Shown: in pieces, positions 1 to 9,123 of the stretch
How the letters are laid out: each line of letters opens with the position of its first letter
How positions within the stretch are numbered: the stretch's first letter is position 1
Origin: a virus
Reading direction: 5' to 3' (one strand)
IMG/VR virus record: IMGVR_UViG_3300013006_000020
Span: 57,998 to 121,997 of that record
Length of the DNA stretch: 64,000 nucleotides
Made by a program: the position numbers and the translations under genes
Notes under the pieces: model-generated
What the model was told of the DNA's origin: nothing
Databases searched by the model: none
Seen by the model: the letters and a program-made list of their open reading frames with translations, nothing else

Positions 1-1029
1 AACGGAGCGATCACTACAACTGCTGCTACAGCAACACTGTTTAATGCTACAGCTTCTCGTGTAAACATTGGCGCTGGTGCAAGCGGGGTTCTTATAGGTC
101 ACGCTACTGGTGTCGTTACTGTTGGTGATATTGCTGTCAACGACGGAACCATTTCTACAACTGCCGCAACAGCCACACTTTTTGACGCAACAGCCACCAC
201 CATAACAATTGGCAGCGCTGCTACAACAACAAACATAGCAGCTATTACCGGTAGTCAAACCATCAATATTGGTGCTGGAAATACTGCGGTTTTTACCACC
301 AAAACCATAAACATTGGCACAAATGGAGCGGCTGGAAGTATTTCTAACGTAAACATTGGAAATACGGTCGCGGGAGGAACTGTTACAATAAACGGCACAT
401 TAGCTGTGAACAGTGGAACTCTCACAACAGCTAATTCCACAGGCTTCATATTTAACGCAGGCACTTCTCGCGTAAACATTGGTGGCGCAGCAAGTGGTGT
501 AATGATTGGTAACGCTACTGGTGTCGTGACAGTTGGTGATATTGCCGTTAACAACGGAGCAATTACTACGACAGCAGCCACCGCAACACTATTCAATGCT
601 ACGGCTTCTCGCGTAAACATTGGCGCTGGCGCTAGTGGTGTGCAAATTGGACATCCAACTGGAACAGTTGTGATGGGAAACATTAGTGCTACTGGACATG
701 TTTCTGCGGCAAGTGGATATAGAATTGCATCAGCGGCAATCAATGCACAAACAGCAACTGGTTATACGCTAGTTTCTACAGATAATGGTAAAATAATAAC
801 CTTTGATAGCGCCGCCACGCACACGCTAAGAATACCAACTGGTCTGGATATTGGATTTAATGCCACAATAATTCAACTTGGAACTGGACAAGTTACCTGT
901 ACTGGTTTAGCTGGAGCAACAGTCAACTGCTACGCATCTGGAAACAAAATACTAGGACAGCACGGATCTGCAAGCGTACTATGCTATGCTAGCAATGTCT
1001 ATAATTTAGCAGGAACACTCGGAATATGA
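1..1029 (+). CDS. Tail fibre/adhesin-like repeat protein, 5' truncated by window
   Basis: Frame 1 is open from base 1 (NGAITTTAATATLFNATASRVNIGAGASGV...) into the 406..1029 ORF; ~47-aa Thr/Ala/Gly/Asn-rich repeats; C-terminal beta-rich domain of the type seen in phage fibres. Confidence 0.7.
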   Translation, partial: NGAITTTAATATLFNATASRVNIGAGASGVLIGHATGVVTVGDIAVNDGTISTTAATATLFDATATTITIGSAATTTNIAAITGSQTINIGAGNTAVFTTKTINIGTNGAAGSISNVNIGNTVAGGTVTINGTLAVNSGTLTTANSTGFIFNAGTSRVNIGGAASGVMIGNATGVVTVGDIAVNNGAITTTAATATLFNATASRVNIGAGASGVQIGHPTGTVVMGNISATGHVSAASGYRIASAAINAQTATGYTLVSTDNGKIITFDSAATHTLRIPTGLDIGFNATIIQLGTGQVTCTGLAGATVNCYASGNKILGQHGSASVLCYASNVYNLAGTLGI

Positions 1030-1934
1030 TTGTAATACCAAGCGCAAAGCCACGATTAACATATAATCCAAGAGCAGAAATAGCAGAGTTTGGCACAAAG
1101 AGATCATCTGGTACATTTGGAGCACTTGGTTCATTTCAAGTAGGCTCTTATACTGGATGGTTTAAGGTTAATTGGTGGGATGGAACATCCACTCTTTATA
1201 ATCCTGGCATTGGTGTCTCAAGCGCATCAAAGGCTATTTCTGCGCCATATGATACAACAGCTGAAAAAAGATTTTCAATTATACCAACAAACTCATCTGG
1301 TGTTCAGATTGGCCAATTAAGCAATATTGCTTTTGGCAACAGCAGTCTTTCTCCAATAAGTTATGTTGATGTTCTTGGTTTATCTAAACTTGAGAATTTC
1401 GCTTGTGATCCAGGAACTAATTTAACGTCGTACACACACAATGGAAGAATAAAATATTTAACTCTTAGTAATATTTCACTTACATCTATTTCAATTCCAC
1501 CTGGAAGCTTAACTCAGAGGATTACAATAGTTGGCAGTACAACCTTTACTACTTTAAACGGCCTAGATAATGTAAAAAACACATTACAAGAATTTGAATT
1601 GTCAACCTGTACATCGTTTACATCTGCTATAGATCTTTCCAACTTCTTAGCGTTATACCACATTGATATTAAGAGCAGTGCAATAACTTCGATTAGAGCG
1701 CAAAACTGCGCGCTAAATCTTGTATACTATTCTGACTATAATAATTTTTCTGGAGGTGCCGAATTTGATGGCTCAAATTTAGATAGAACGGCAATAGTTC
1801 AATTTTTTAATGATCTTGCAAACGGAAATGGCTATCTTGATGTTTCTGGTACGATAGGCGCAGCATCTTTAACCGCATCTGACATTTTGATTGCAACTAA
1901 TAAGGGGTACACAGTACTTAACATCCCAAGCTAA
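1026..1934 (+). CDS. Leucine-rich-repeat-like protein, probably tail-associated
   Basis: LxxLxL-type periodicity (LSKLENF, IKYLTLSN, LQEFELS, LYHIDIKS); start overlaps fibre stop codon. Confidence 0.5.
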   Translation: MIVIPSAKPRLTYNPRAEIAEFGTKRSSGTFGALGSFQVGSYTGWFKVNWWDGTSTLYNPGIGVSSASKAISAPYDTTAEKRFSIIPTNSSGVQIGQLSNIAFGNSSLSPISYVDVLGLSKLENFACDPGTNLTSYTHNGRIKYLTLSNISLTSISIPPGSLTQRITIVGSTTFTTLNGLDNVKNTLQEFELSTCTSFTSAIDLSNFLALYHIDIKSSAITSIRAQNCALNLVYYSDYNNFSGGAEFDGSNLDRTAIVQFFNDLANGNGYLDVSGTIGAASLTASDILIATNKGYTVLNIPS

Positions 1935-2578
1935 TGTCTTATTTTATAACACCAAACTATAGCGTCGCATTTATACCAAAATCTGGTTGTTCAACGATTT
2001 CTCGTGCTGTAATTAAAGCTTTTCAAACAGATGAAGAGTTGCTTATAACAACTGCTTCGTATCCTGTTGGTAAAAATGCAGATAACTCAATGTGGCAAGG
2101 TTTTGTGAAAAGAGAAAAATATCCATCAAAATCAATACTTGCAATGATAAGAAATCCAATAGAAAGATTTCGATCAGCAATAGCCCAATTTCATGCCGTT
2201 GATGTTAACGCGGTAATTGATTCATTAATTAATGGATCAAAATTTGTATCTGGAACAGCGAGAGCAAGGGAAATAAATGCAAGCACTAATGCACATTTTA
2301 AACCTCAAATACTATGGGTTGATGCAAACACTAAATTATATAAATTCCCAGATCATATAAATGAGGCGGCTGTTGAAATAGGCTTTACCTTACCGCTTCC
2401 ACAAATTAACGTCGCTAGTTTTACAAAGCCAACGCTTGACGAGCAGCAAACGGCAATACTAGAGTCTTACTACGCAGAGGATATAGTCCTGTTTAATTCT
2501 ATCACATCGCCTGGCATAATTAGTGGAGTTATTTCTGCAAATCCACCAAACTTAACTCCACCAAGCGGTGAAGAGTAA
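1934..2578 (+). CDS. Sulfotransferase (Sulfotransfer_2-like)
   Basis: PAPS-binding motifs IPKSGCSTI and RNPIERFRSA, plus HFKPQ and YxxDxxLF near the C-terminus. Confidence 0.8.
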   Translation: MSYFITPNYSVAFIPKSGCSTISRAVIKAFQTDEELLITTASYPVGKNADNSMWQGFVKREKYPSKSILAMIRNPIERFRSAIAQFHAVDVNAVIDSLINGSKFVSGTARAREINASTNAHFKPQILWVDANTKLYKFPDHINEAAVEIGFTLPLPQINVASFTKPTLDEQQTAILESYYAEDIVLFNSITSPGIISGVISANPPNLTPPSGEE

Positions 2579-2580
2579 TT

Positions 2581-2590
2581 GTGTATATTA
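2581..2590 (+). promoter_or_regulatory. Putative late promoter motif GTGTATATTA
   Basis: Same motif recurs just upstream of about 10 genes; ATG at 2595. Confidence 0.6.
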
Positions 2591-2594
2591 AACT

Positions 2595-2876
2595 ATGAAA
2601 GCAAATAGCCATAAAGTAAAGAGGGCGCTTCGTGCCTTGCAGATAGCAATGGGTATGGAGGTGACTTCATACAAAGGAATTAATGTTGGAGACAGAGTTA
2701 AGGACATTAATCAACAATGCATGCACTTTGGAAGTATTGGTGTAGTTACAGAGATTGAGCCGCTTCCAAACAATAGTGGTTATCTTATTCATTATACGGT
2801 TGAGAATGATGGGCCTTCTTATAGCCCAGGCACAGTACTAACAAAAACAGAAGATCAATTGGAGAAAATATCATGA
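2595..2876 (+). CDS. Hypothetical SH3/KOW-like protein
   Basis: VGDRVK...GVV beta-barrel pattern; follows promoter motif. Confidence 0.45.
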   Translation: MKANSHKVKRALRALQIAMGMEVTSYKGINVGDRVKDINQQCMHFGSIGVVTEIEPLPNNSGYLIHYTVENDGPSYSPGTVLTKTEDQLEKIS

Positions 2877-3118
2877 GCGAAGAAGAAAACGAATACTCTT
2901 ACACACCACCACAGCAGCCACAGCAGCCACAAGTGGCTAGCATTTCCGAGGGCGATATAGTTAGCTGCGGAAACAAGGACTCAGTTAACTTCGGCGTTTG
3001 GGGCGAGGTTTTAGAAATTAACTCTGGGATTGCAACGATTAAAATAATGAATCCTGAGTTTCCACGCAACACTGGATGGAATATAGCGGAAAGTGTTGAG
3101 AGTCTGGAGAAGTTATGA
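2873..3118 (+). CDS. Hypothetical SH3/KOW-like protein
   Basis: EGDIV...GEVLEI, similar to previous ORF; ATGA overlap. Confidence 0.45.
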   Translation: MSEEENEYSYTPPQQPQQPQVASISEGDIVSCGNKDSVNFGVWGEVLEINSGIATIKIMNPEFPRNTGWNIAESVESLEKL

Positions 3119-3495
3119 CCGAATCTGAACTTGACGTAATTTTTGCAGCTGAGCAAACGCAAGCCGTTGAGTATCAGGGCAAGAAAGTTACCCTTAACCA
3201 ACCAAGGCGAATAGGCAAGGGTGATCCAGGTTACGGCAAGAAGAAGTTTTATGTTTATGTAAAGAATGATCGCGGCAATGTTGTTCGCGTGATGTTTGGT
3301 GATCCTAATATGGAAATCCGTCGTGACGATCCACAAAGACGAAAAAACTACAGATCTCGTCACGGATGCAGTAATCCAGGACCAAAGTGGAAAGCAAACT
3401 ATTGGTCATGTAGGATGTGGGAAGCTAAAAAATCCGTTACTGATTATACTAGTAGCGGATTAATTAAGGCTTTTATACGTGCAATAAATTCTTGA
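3115..3495 (+). CDS. Conserved small basic phage protein, putatively virion-associated
   Basis: KKFYVYVKN...FGDPNMEI...RRKNYRSRHGC...YWSCRMW motif recalled from large myophages. Confidence 0.55.
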   Translation: MTESELDVIFAAEQTQAVEYQGKKVTLNQPRRIGKGDPGYGKKKFYVYVKNDRGNVVRVMFGDPNMEIRRDDPQRRKNYRSRHGCSNPGPKWKANYWSCRMWEAKKSVTDYTSSGLIKAFIRAINS

Positions 3496-4290
3496 TTACA
3501 CAGTGTTATCAGGTGGTTGATTGTTGCCTTGGTTTTGTTGCAACCAAATACCTAGAGCAATTATTGTTGCCGCGACTGTACCAACTGCAATACCAGCTGG
3601 TAAACCCAAGCCTGTTAAATCTAGAACAAATGATCCAGCGGCTAAAGCTACGCCAAGAGCAATTATGGCTGCTACGGTTAGACCTAGACCAGCCAACCAA
3701 TTAGCAAGTTGTTCGTTGCCACCGTTTGCCAACACATACATTCTAATAGCAGCATTTTGAGCGCCTGTTCGAAGATAGATGGCGGCTATTGCAATAAGAC
3801 CTTCCTCGGTTTTATCCTTTAATCTTTCTAAAACTTCATCGGGTGTAAGCCCTAAGCCGTCAGCCGCAACCCCTATTCTGATTTTCACTTCATTAAGAGA
3901 TAAAAACTCTGCCCTGCACTCATCGTCTAATTTATCGATTACGTCTTTTAGAATTGAAAATAACTCAACGGCATCCATCCCAGGTTCAGGCTTAGAATTT
4001 TTTATTCTTCTTATTAATATATCTAAAGCCTTTTTTGCACAAGCACCTGTACCAGACTGATTTTCTTTATATAATTGGTATAATTTACGTAACAGGGGAA
4101 TTAAAAGCAAGCCAAGTGTTGGTAATAAGACTGTAACCCACGTGTAATCTTTAGGTTCTTCTTGTCTTATTGAGTCATCAGATTCTAGAGGTCCAATGCC
4201 CTCAAATGTATTTGGCGCTATAACTGTATCGCCTTTACGTGCGGCGATCTTGGCAATGTAGTTGAATAGACGAATGTCGTTTTCTCTCAT
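3496..4290 (-). CDS. Leader-bearing protein with C-terminal hydrophobic hairpin (paralogue B)
   Basis: N-proximal hydrophobic helix, helical Cys-containing core, Gly/Ala-rich hairpin DLTGLGLPAG. Confidence 0.6.
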   Translation of the reverse strand: MRENDIRLFNYIAKIAARKGDTVIAPNTFEGIGPLESDDSIRQEEPKDYTWVTVLLPTLGLLLIPLLRKLYQLYKENQSGTGACAKKALDILIRRIKNSKPEPGMDAVELFSILKDVIDKLDDECRAEFLSLNEVKIRIGVAADGLGLTPDEVLERLKDKTEEGLIAIAAIYLRTGAQNAAIRMYVLANGGNEQLANWLAGLGLTVAAIIALGVALAAGSFVLDLTGLGLPAGIAVGTVAATIIALGIWLQQNQGNNQPPDNTV

Positions 4291-5279
4291 GTTGATGGCA
4301 CCAGTCCTCTAGCTATCTTCTCTAATATCTCTTGTATTCTTTGTAGCGCAGCAGGATTTAATGCTGCCCCAGCCGCACTTGCTGCAGAGGCAGCAGCATT
4401 CGCTGCAGTTGAAGACAACCATACACCAAGAGTGGCAAGGCTTCCACCACCAAGCAAGAATGCGCTGAGGGCAACAAGACCCGCAGCAAGCGCCGCCACT
4501 AGAACTGTAGAGCCGACGCCATATGAATCACTAAATCCACTTACAAGAAGTGTAGCGGCATCAACAGCTAAAGCTGTAGTCATGGCAGAACCAACACCAA
4601 TTACAAAAGCGTAAGCAAAAGCTTCTAGATCGCCATCATTAAAATATTTATCAATAGCGAATCTAATTTTATCAAGAATACCTTGTGGTAAGTTTGGAAG
4701 TCTATCTGTTACATACTTTTTAAAAATATCTTTAACAAGTCCAGGAAATGATGTGATACAATTTCTTAGTTTTTTACGAATATCCGACATTTCTTCTGGA
4801 CTATCAACATTATTTATACCTCTAACATTGTCTATTGCTGTACCTATTTGGGTCATAGCAGTACCCCCCTCTTTAAACGCGTCCCACGCCGTTCTTAGCG
4901 CTATAAGAAGTTCTGTTAATCCCATATTTGATGTTAAACTTTGACCAGTCTGCGATCCAAGAGAACCACCAAGACTTGTCCTGAAGGCATTTGAAACTAT
5001 TCTTATAATATCTTCTTTTAACCATCTATTTATTAATTTTGCGCACTCTTTAAACTTTTTTATATTTTGACTTTTAGCCCAAGCAAATGCAACAACTGCA
5101 CTAAGCCCAAGTGCCTTAGCTAGCGATATAAAAAAACTATAATCATCAGAATCACTAACCGGCGCATCTTCTTCCATTGGTTCAGCAGTATATAAAACTG
5201 TTGGAATAGGACTATTAACAGCAAATGCGTAATTGTTAGCTATAGAATTTAGTGATTTAATGAAGCGTTGGTTGTTCAC
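4287..5279 (-). CDS. Leader-bearing protein with C-terminal hydrophobic hairpin (paralogue A)
   Basis: Same architecture as 3496..4290; GTG start directly after GTGTAT motif. Confidence 0.6.
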   Translation of the reverse strand: MNNQRFIKSLNSIANNYAFAVNSPIPTVLYTAEPMEEDAPVSDSDDYSFFISLAKALGLSAVVAFAWAKSQNIKKFKECAKLINRWLKEDIIRIVSNAFRTSLGGSLGSQTGQSLTSNMGLTELLIALRTAWDAFKEGGTAMTQIGTAIDNVRGINNVDSPEEMSDIRKKLRNCITSFPGLVKDIFKKYVTDRLPNLPQGILDKIRFAIDKYFNDGDLEAFAYAFVIGVGSAMTTALAVDAATLLVSGFSDSYGVGSTVLVAALAAGLVALSAFLLGGGSLATLGVWLSSTAANAAASAASAAGAALNPAALQRIQEILEKIARGLVPST

Positions 5280-5283
5280 AATA

Positions 5284-5293
5284 AATAATACAC
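5284..5293 (-). promoter_or_regulatory. Putative late promoter GTGTATTATT
   Basis: Motif 4 nt upstream of the 5279 start. Confidence 0.55.
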
Positions 5294-5491
5294 AATCAGA
5301 TTTGCAGTAAAAAGAACTTCTTTTTGTGATGAGCCATTTTTGCGTACTTTAGCACATCTATTACAGTATCTATTTCTTCTATAGAAGACAGGAGAACTGA
5401 TGATCCACCTGATTTTAATTCAATACCATGTTCTCTTTCAATTATTTCAATTCCACGAACACGATGAGAGGCTTTAATTTCACCAAAATTA

Positions 5492-5683
5492 TTAGGACTC
5501 ATTGGATTCTTTATTGCAGTTGATCTCAACACCATCTACCTTTGTAAAGGTTTTAGCGTAATCAATAGCCCTATTCCATAAGTCAATATCCATTTCTTTC
5601 GTGTACTCAGCAAACTTCAGACCAAATACAATCATCGCCTTAGCAAGTCTCGGATCCATATCGTTCATATCTATTTCGTCCAT
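5492..5683 (-). CDS. Hypothetical protein
   Basis: AGGAGG Shine-Dalgarno before ATG 5683. Confidence 0.5.
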   Translation of the reverse strand: MDEIDMNDMDPRLAKAMIVFGLKFAEYTKEMDIDLWNRAIDYAKTFTKVDGVEINCNKESNES

Positions 5684-5693
5684 AAATCCTCCT

Positions 5694-5781
5694 AAAAAGC
5701 CCACCAGAACAGTTACGGACTGATGGGCGAACTACGCGTGTAACTCAGACGAGCCTAAGATGCCCGAATAGCGTAATCACC
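5694..5781 (-). ncRNA. Putative small structured RNA/leader ending in an intrinsic terminator
   Basis: GTGTATATATA motif at 5782..5792, nested stems with minus-strand G-U pairs, then GCCCATCAG/CTGGTGGGC hairpin plus U5. Confidence 0.4.
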
Positions 5782-5792
5782 TATATATACAC

Positions 5793-7676
5793 TTAATCAT
5801 AATACGAGTATGAAAACTCCCCAAACTCAATTTCATCAAGTTTGAAATTAATCATGCGCTGTATTTGCAAGACTTTTTCAAGAGCCGTCACACCAAGGAT
5901 ATCAAATTTAACACCACCTAAATATTCAATATCAGCTCCTTCAACATCAATTACCATAGAGTCTAGCTTTTCTGAATATACCATTGGAAATAGATTGCTT
6001 AGTGGTTGATCGGCAATAATTATTCCTGCAGCGTGTACACTTTCATTTCTTGGAACTTCCTCAATACGAAGTGCGTAGTCAAATGCTTCTTTGAACTGCT
6101 CGTAATATTCAGCAATAGATTTGATATTATCAATATTCCAACGAATAATGCCGTATGATGGATCTTCCTTTTGCATTTCAACAAGATCATCAGTAATCTT
6201 TGCCTCTTCAGCAAACTTTTTAGTGATCTGATTTGAAACATCAAAATAGTCTTGCGTTGGCTTCAAAAGCTTAAATACTTCTTTTATTGCGCCGCGACCC
6301 TTAAACCTTGAGTGAGTAATAATATGACCAACGCAATCGTTTCCGTATTTTTCCCTAATATATCCAATAAGTGACTCTCTAAAAGACGGGGGTACATCCA
6401 TGTCAATATCTGGTAGTGATACGTTTTCTTTAGTGTTTCTGCCTTCATTGTAAAATCTTTCAAACGGCAATTCTCTTCCCAGATCGTATCCAAGTGTTGG
6501 ATCTGGGCGCATTGGATCAACTGAGGATATGCCTATTAAGTAAGAGATCATGCATCCAGAAGAAGAACCTCTGATATCAGCCGGGACCCCCTTTGATCGC
6601 AGACTATTTATAATGTCATGTACAATGAGGAAGTAAGACGACATGCCTGCCTGTTTAAACACCTCTAGCTCATGCTGAATTCTTTTGATATAAGCGTCTT
6701 TTAGTGCTGGATCTTGCTTAAACTCATCCAGAAGACCAGTTGACTTAAACCCTGTACGACAAAGCTGGCGCAAATACTCGTGTGAATCGGTAATTTTATG
6801 ATCGCCAACCTTAAAACTAGGAAGGATTGGGCGTTCCTGGATAGTGTAATCTTCAACTAGATCAAGCAGCTTGAGGGTCTTTTCACCATTCTTAAGCTCT
6901 TTAGACAGGTATCCGCGCGCCCATCGCTTGTCAAATATTCTCGAATCGCTGATAGCATCACAGCACGAGCCACCATCATCCTTGGCTTTAGTCAATAGTT
7001 CGTGAAGCTCAAGATCTTCTTTATTTAGATAGTGAATATTATGTGCTGGCATAGAATCAGAAAATTCTTCGCTGATTTTTTTACCCAATACAAGATGTAC
7101 TGGTAGAAAGCTTACATCATATGTAAGAAAAACATGCTCATATTTCTTACGATAATTTGCTAGGACTTTTTCAACGCGAATCTTCCAGTCTTTATACAGT
7201 AGCTTTTCGCAATCTTCTACAGAGTCGCTTGCATACGCCATTTCATAATTTACAAAAGCGCTAGAGTATATTTCGCTACGCAGATCACCAATAAGACAAA
7301 TCAGTCCAGCCTTATACGGATAAAGTGTTTCTACTTGAGTACGGGGCATACCATTAAAAGCAAGGGCTTCTTTGGTTCTAGCCATAGAAACAAGCTTAAC
7401 TATATTTTTATATCCAATCTTGTTTTTGGCTAGTAGCGTAATGCGACCAACAAATTCTTCGCCATTGTATGTATCAAGCTCCACGCCAATAATTGGTTTG
7501 ACTCCCGAGTCTTTGCATTCCTTAAAGAAGGGGACTACACCTTTAATATTGTTGTGATCGGTCATACAAATTGCTGGTATGCCGTATTCTTTGCATTTGG
7601 AAACAAGAGAATCAATGGTGACAACGCTATCAAGAAGTGACCATGAAGTATGTACGTGAATAGGAATGTAGCTCAT
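5793..7676 (-). CDS. dnaE: DNA polymerase III alpha, N-terminal part (PHP + palm); split/truncated
   Basis: HVHTSWSLLD, TDHNN, RGSSSG, FERF, PDIDMD, HAAG, KFDILG; ends about 30 aa after KFDILG. Confidence 0.9.
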   Translation of the reverse strand: MSYIPIHVHTSWSLLDSVVTIDSLVSKCKEYGIPAICMTDHNNIKGVVPFFKECKDSGVKPIIGVELDTYNGEEFVGRITLLAKNKIGYKNIVKLVSMARTKEALAFNGMPRTQVETLYPYKAGLICLIGDLRSEIYSSAFVNYEMAYASDSVEDCEKLLYKDWKIRVEKVLANYRKKYEHVFLTYDVSFLPVHLVLGKKISEEFSDSMPAHNIHYLNKEDLELHELLTKAKDDGGSCCDAISDSRIFDKRWARGYLSKELKNGEKTLKLLDLVEDYTIQERPILPSFKVGDHKITDSHEYLRQLCRTGFKSTGLLDEFKQDPALKDAYIKRIQHELEVFKQAGMSSYFLIVHDIINSLRSKGVPADIRGSSSGCMISYLIGISSVDPMRPDPTLGYDLGRELPFERFYNEGRNTKENVSLPDIDMDVPPSFRESLIGYIREKYGNDCVGHIITHSRFKGRGAIKEVFKLLKPTQDYFDVSNQITKKFAEEAKITDDLVEMQKEDPSYGIIRWNIDNIKSIAEYYEQFKEAFDYALRIEEVPRNESVHAAGIIIADQPLSNLFPMVYSEKLDSMVIDVEGADIEYLGGVKFDILGVTALEKVLQIQRMINFKLDEIEFGEFSYSYYD

Positions 7677-8671
7677 TGGTCGTCTTTAAATGTATTTCTT
7701 CTGTCAGAAGTCTTTAGTGCTTTTTCTTCAGCTTTGCTCTTACGAACCTCTCCGACCCTTAGTATAGTTTTGTCGATTCCGTTAGCAATTAGATAGTTAA
7801 ATACATTATCGCATACGCTGCAACCATTTGCAGTCTTCGTTTTTCCGAAGTGGCAAGTGGTCTTACATTTCCATGCTTGAGAGCCGTTTACTTCTTTAAT
7901 TCTAGTTGGCAAATGATTGCCCTTAATCGTGTTGAACTGCTCTTTAATTATGTTAAGCGTTTCTTTACGCTGATCATCATCAAAACAAACAGTAAACGGC
8001 CCACCATCATTAACAAAGTGAATTGTAAGAAGTCTTGTTTTGTATTGAGGATACAGCATGGAGACAGCAAGATCGTACATACGAAGCTGTATATCTTTGC
8101 TCGCAAAGTAGTCGTATTCCTTAAGCTCTCCAGTTTCCCATGACTTTCTCGATCCTGTTTTCCAATCTATAATTTCTAGTGTTTGGTCGTCAAGCTTGGT
8201 AATAAGATCTATTGTTCCACGAATCTCATAATTACCAGCGGTTGTTTTTTTACTAAGAACATCGTAGTACTCAAAGGTAAAACCAGGGAGTGTTAGAGGA
8301 ATTCTAAACTGCCGCTCAGTATGAAGCACCTTGAGATTTCTTGGATCGTATTTAGTTCCTAGAACTTTTTCTATTGATTTAAGACAAAACTTTTTGTCAG
8401 CACCGTCCGCTAACTCAATCTTGCCCGTATTTTCAGTCTTATATCTCTTCCAGCAAATATCAAGAAGCTTAACATGATCAAGCAAAAGGCCGTCTTTATG
8501 ACCTAGTTTTGTGGCTCTAGCCATTATTTCAAGCACATGGTGAACTATTGTACCGAGCAATGCTTTTTTACCAGAGCCACTTGGTATTTCTAGAATTGAA
8601 TCAAGAAAAAATTGAAACTGACAACCTTCATATGTTTTAATGGATGATGCTCTTAGATATTGAATGTTCAT
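7673..8671 (-). CDS. PD-(D/E)XK RecB/Cas4-like exonuclease
   Basis: S.SSIKTY..C, GTIVH, GTIDLI, IIDWKTG, QLRMY, C-terminal Cys cluster. Confidence 0.85.
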   Translation of the reverse strand: MNIQYLRASSIKTYEGCQFQFFLDSILEIPSGSGKKALLGTIVHHVLEIMARATKLGHKDGLLLDHVKLLDICWKRYKTENTGKIELADGADKKFCLKSIEKVLGTKYDPRNLKVLHTERQFRIPLTLPGFTFEYYDVLSKKTTAGNYEIRGTIDLITKLDDQTLEIIDWKTGSRKSWETGELKEYDYFASKDIQLRMYDLAVSMLYPQYKTRLLTIHFVNDGGPFTVCFDDDQRKETLNIIKEQFNTIKGNHLPTRIKEVNGSQAWKCKTTCHFGKTKTANGCSVCDNVFNYLIANGIDKTILRVGEVRKSKAEEKALKTSDRRNTFKDDQ

Positions 8672-9123
8672 CTGCTGCTCTTTTCAATGACAGGCTCTAC
8701 TCTAACGATTGGTTGATTAAATATTCGCTCTGAGTTTTTTATAACTACAAGCTCATTTGCCGTCGTTTCTATAAAGTCCTGTGTTGATTTTATCTTTTTG
8801 GGGGAGTATCCTCCACCGTTTTTTACAAACTTTTGCTTCGATAGCTTCAAGATTTCTTTATATACTTTTTGTATTTGTGGAGGCCATCGTTCCTCTATTC
8901 CTTTGAATGGAATATATATAACATATGGTATTTCATTTTCATGACAAGCGTATATAAAATCTAATTCAAAGCCTATTGATGCACGTACTATGCATATTGA
9001 ATCATCGGTATCAATAGCACTGAGATGCGCAATCATTTGATTGCGAACAAATAATCTAACTGGGTCGTTAAGATCATATGCTCCGTTAAAGTTAACCGCC
9101 TCTGACTTTACGCCAATTATCAT
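8668..9123 (-). CDS. YspA/SLOG-like protein, divergent
   Basis: GFELDF...IPYVIYIPFKG..ERWP...YKEIL resembles YspA (DUF1273). Confidence 0.5.
   Translation of the reverse strand: MIIGVKSEAVNFNGAYDLNDPVRLFVRNQMIAHLSAIDTDDSICIVRASIGFELDFIYACHENEIPYVIYIPFKGIEERWPPQIQKVYKEILKLSKQKFVKNGGGYSPKKIKSTQDFIETTANELVVIKNSERIFNQPIVRVEPVIEKSSR

Noticed and set aside
255-743. Antisense ORF over the fibre gene, and similar shadow ORFs (e.g. 18394..19080, plus-strand ORFs beyond 58 kb)
   Set aside because: They overlap well-supported genes and are explained by codon bias or high GC.
5715-5780. Hammerhead ribozyme on the plus strand (CTGATG...GAAC)
   Set aside because: The core deviates (CUGAUGG, GAAC, no stem II), and the stems fold better on the minus strand.
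7673-8671. Cas4 as part of a CRISPR-Cas system
   Set aside because: No cas1/cas2 or array; it sits in the replication operon like ordinary phage RecB-family exonucleases.
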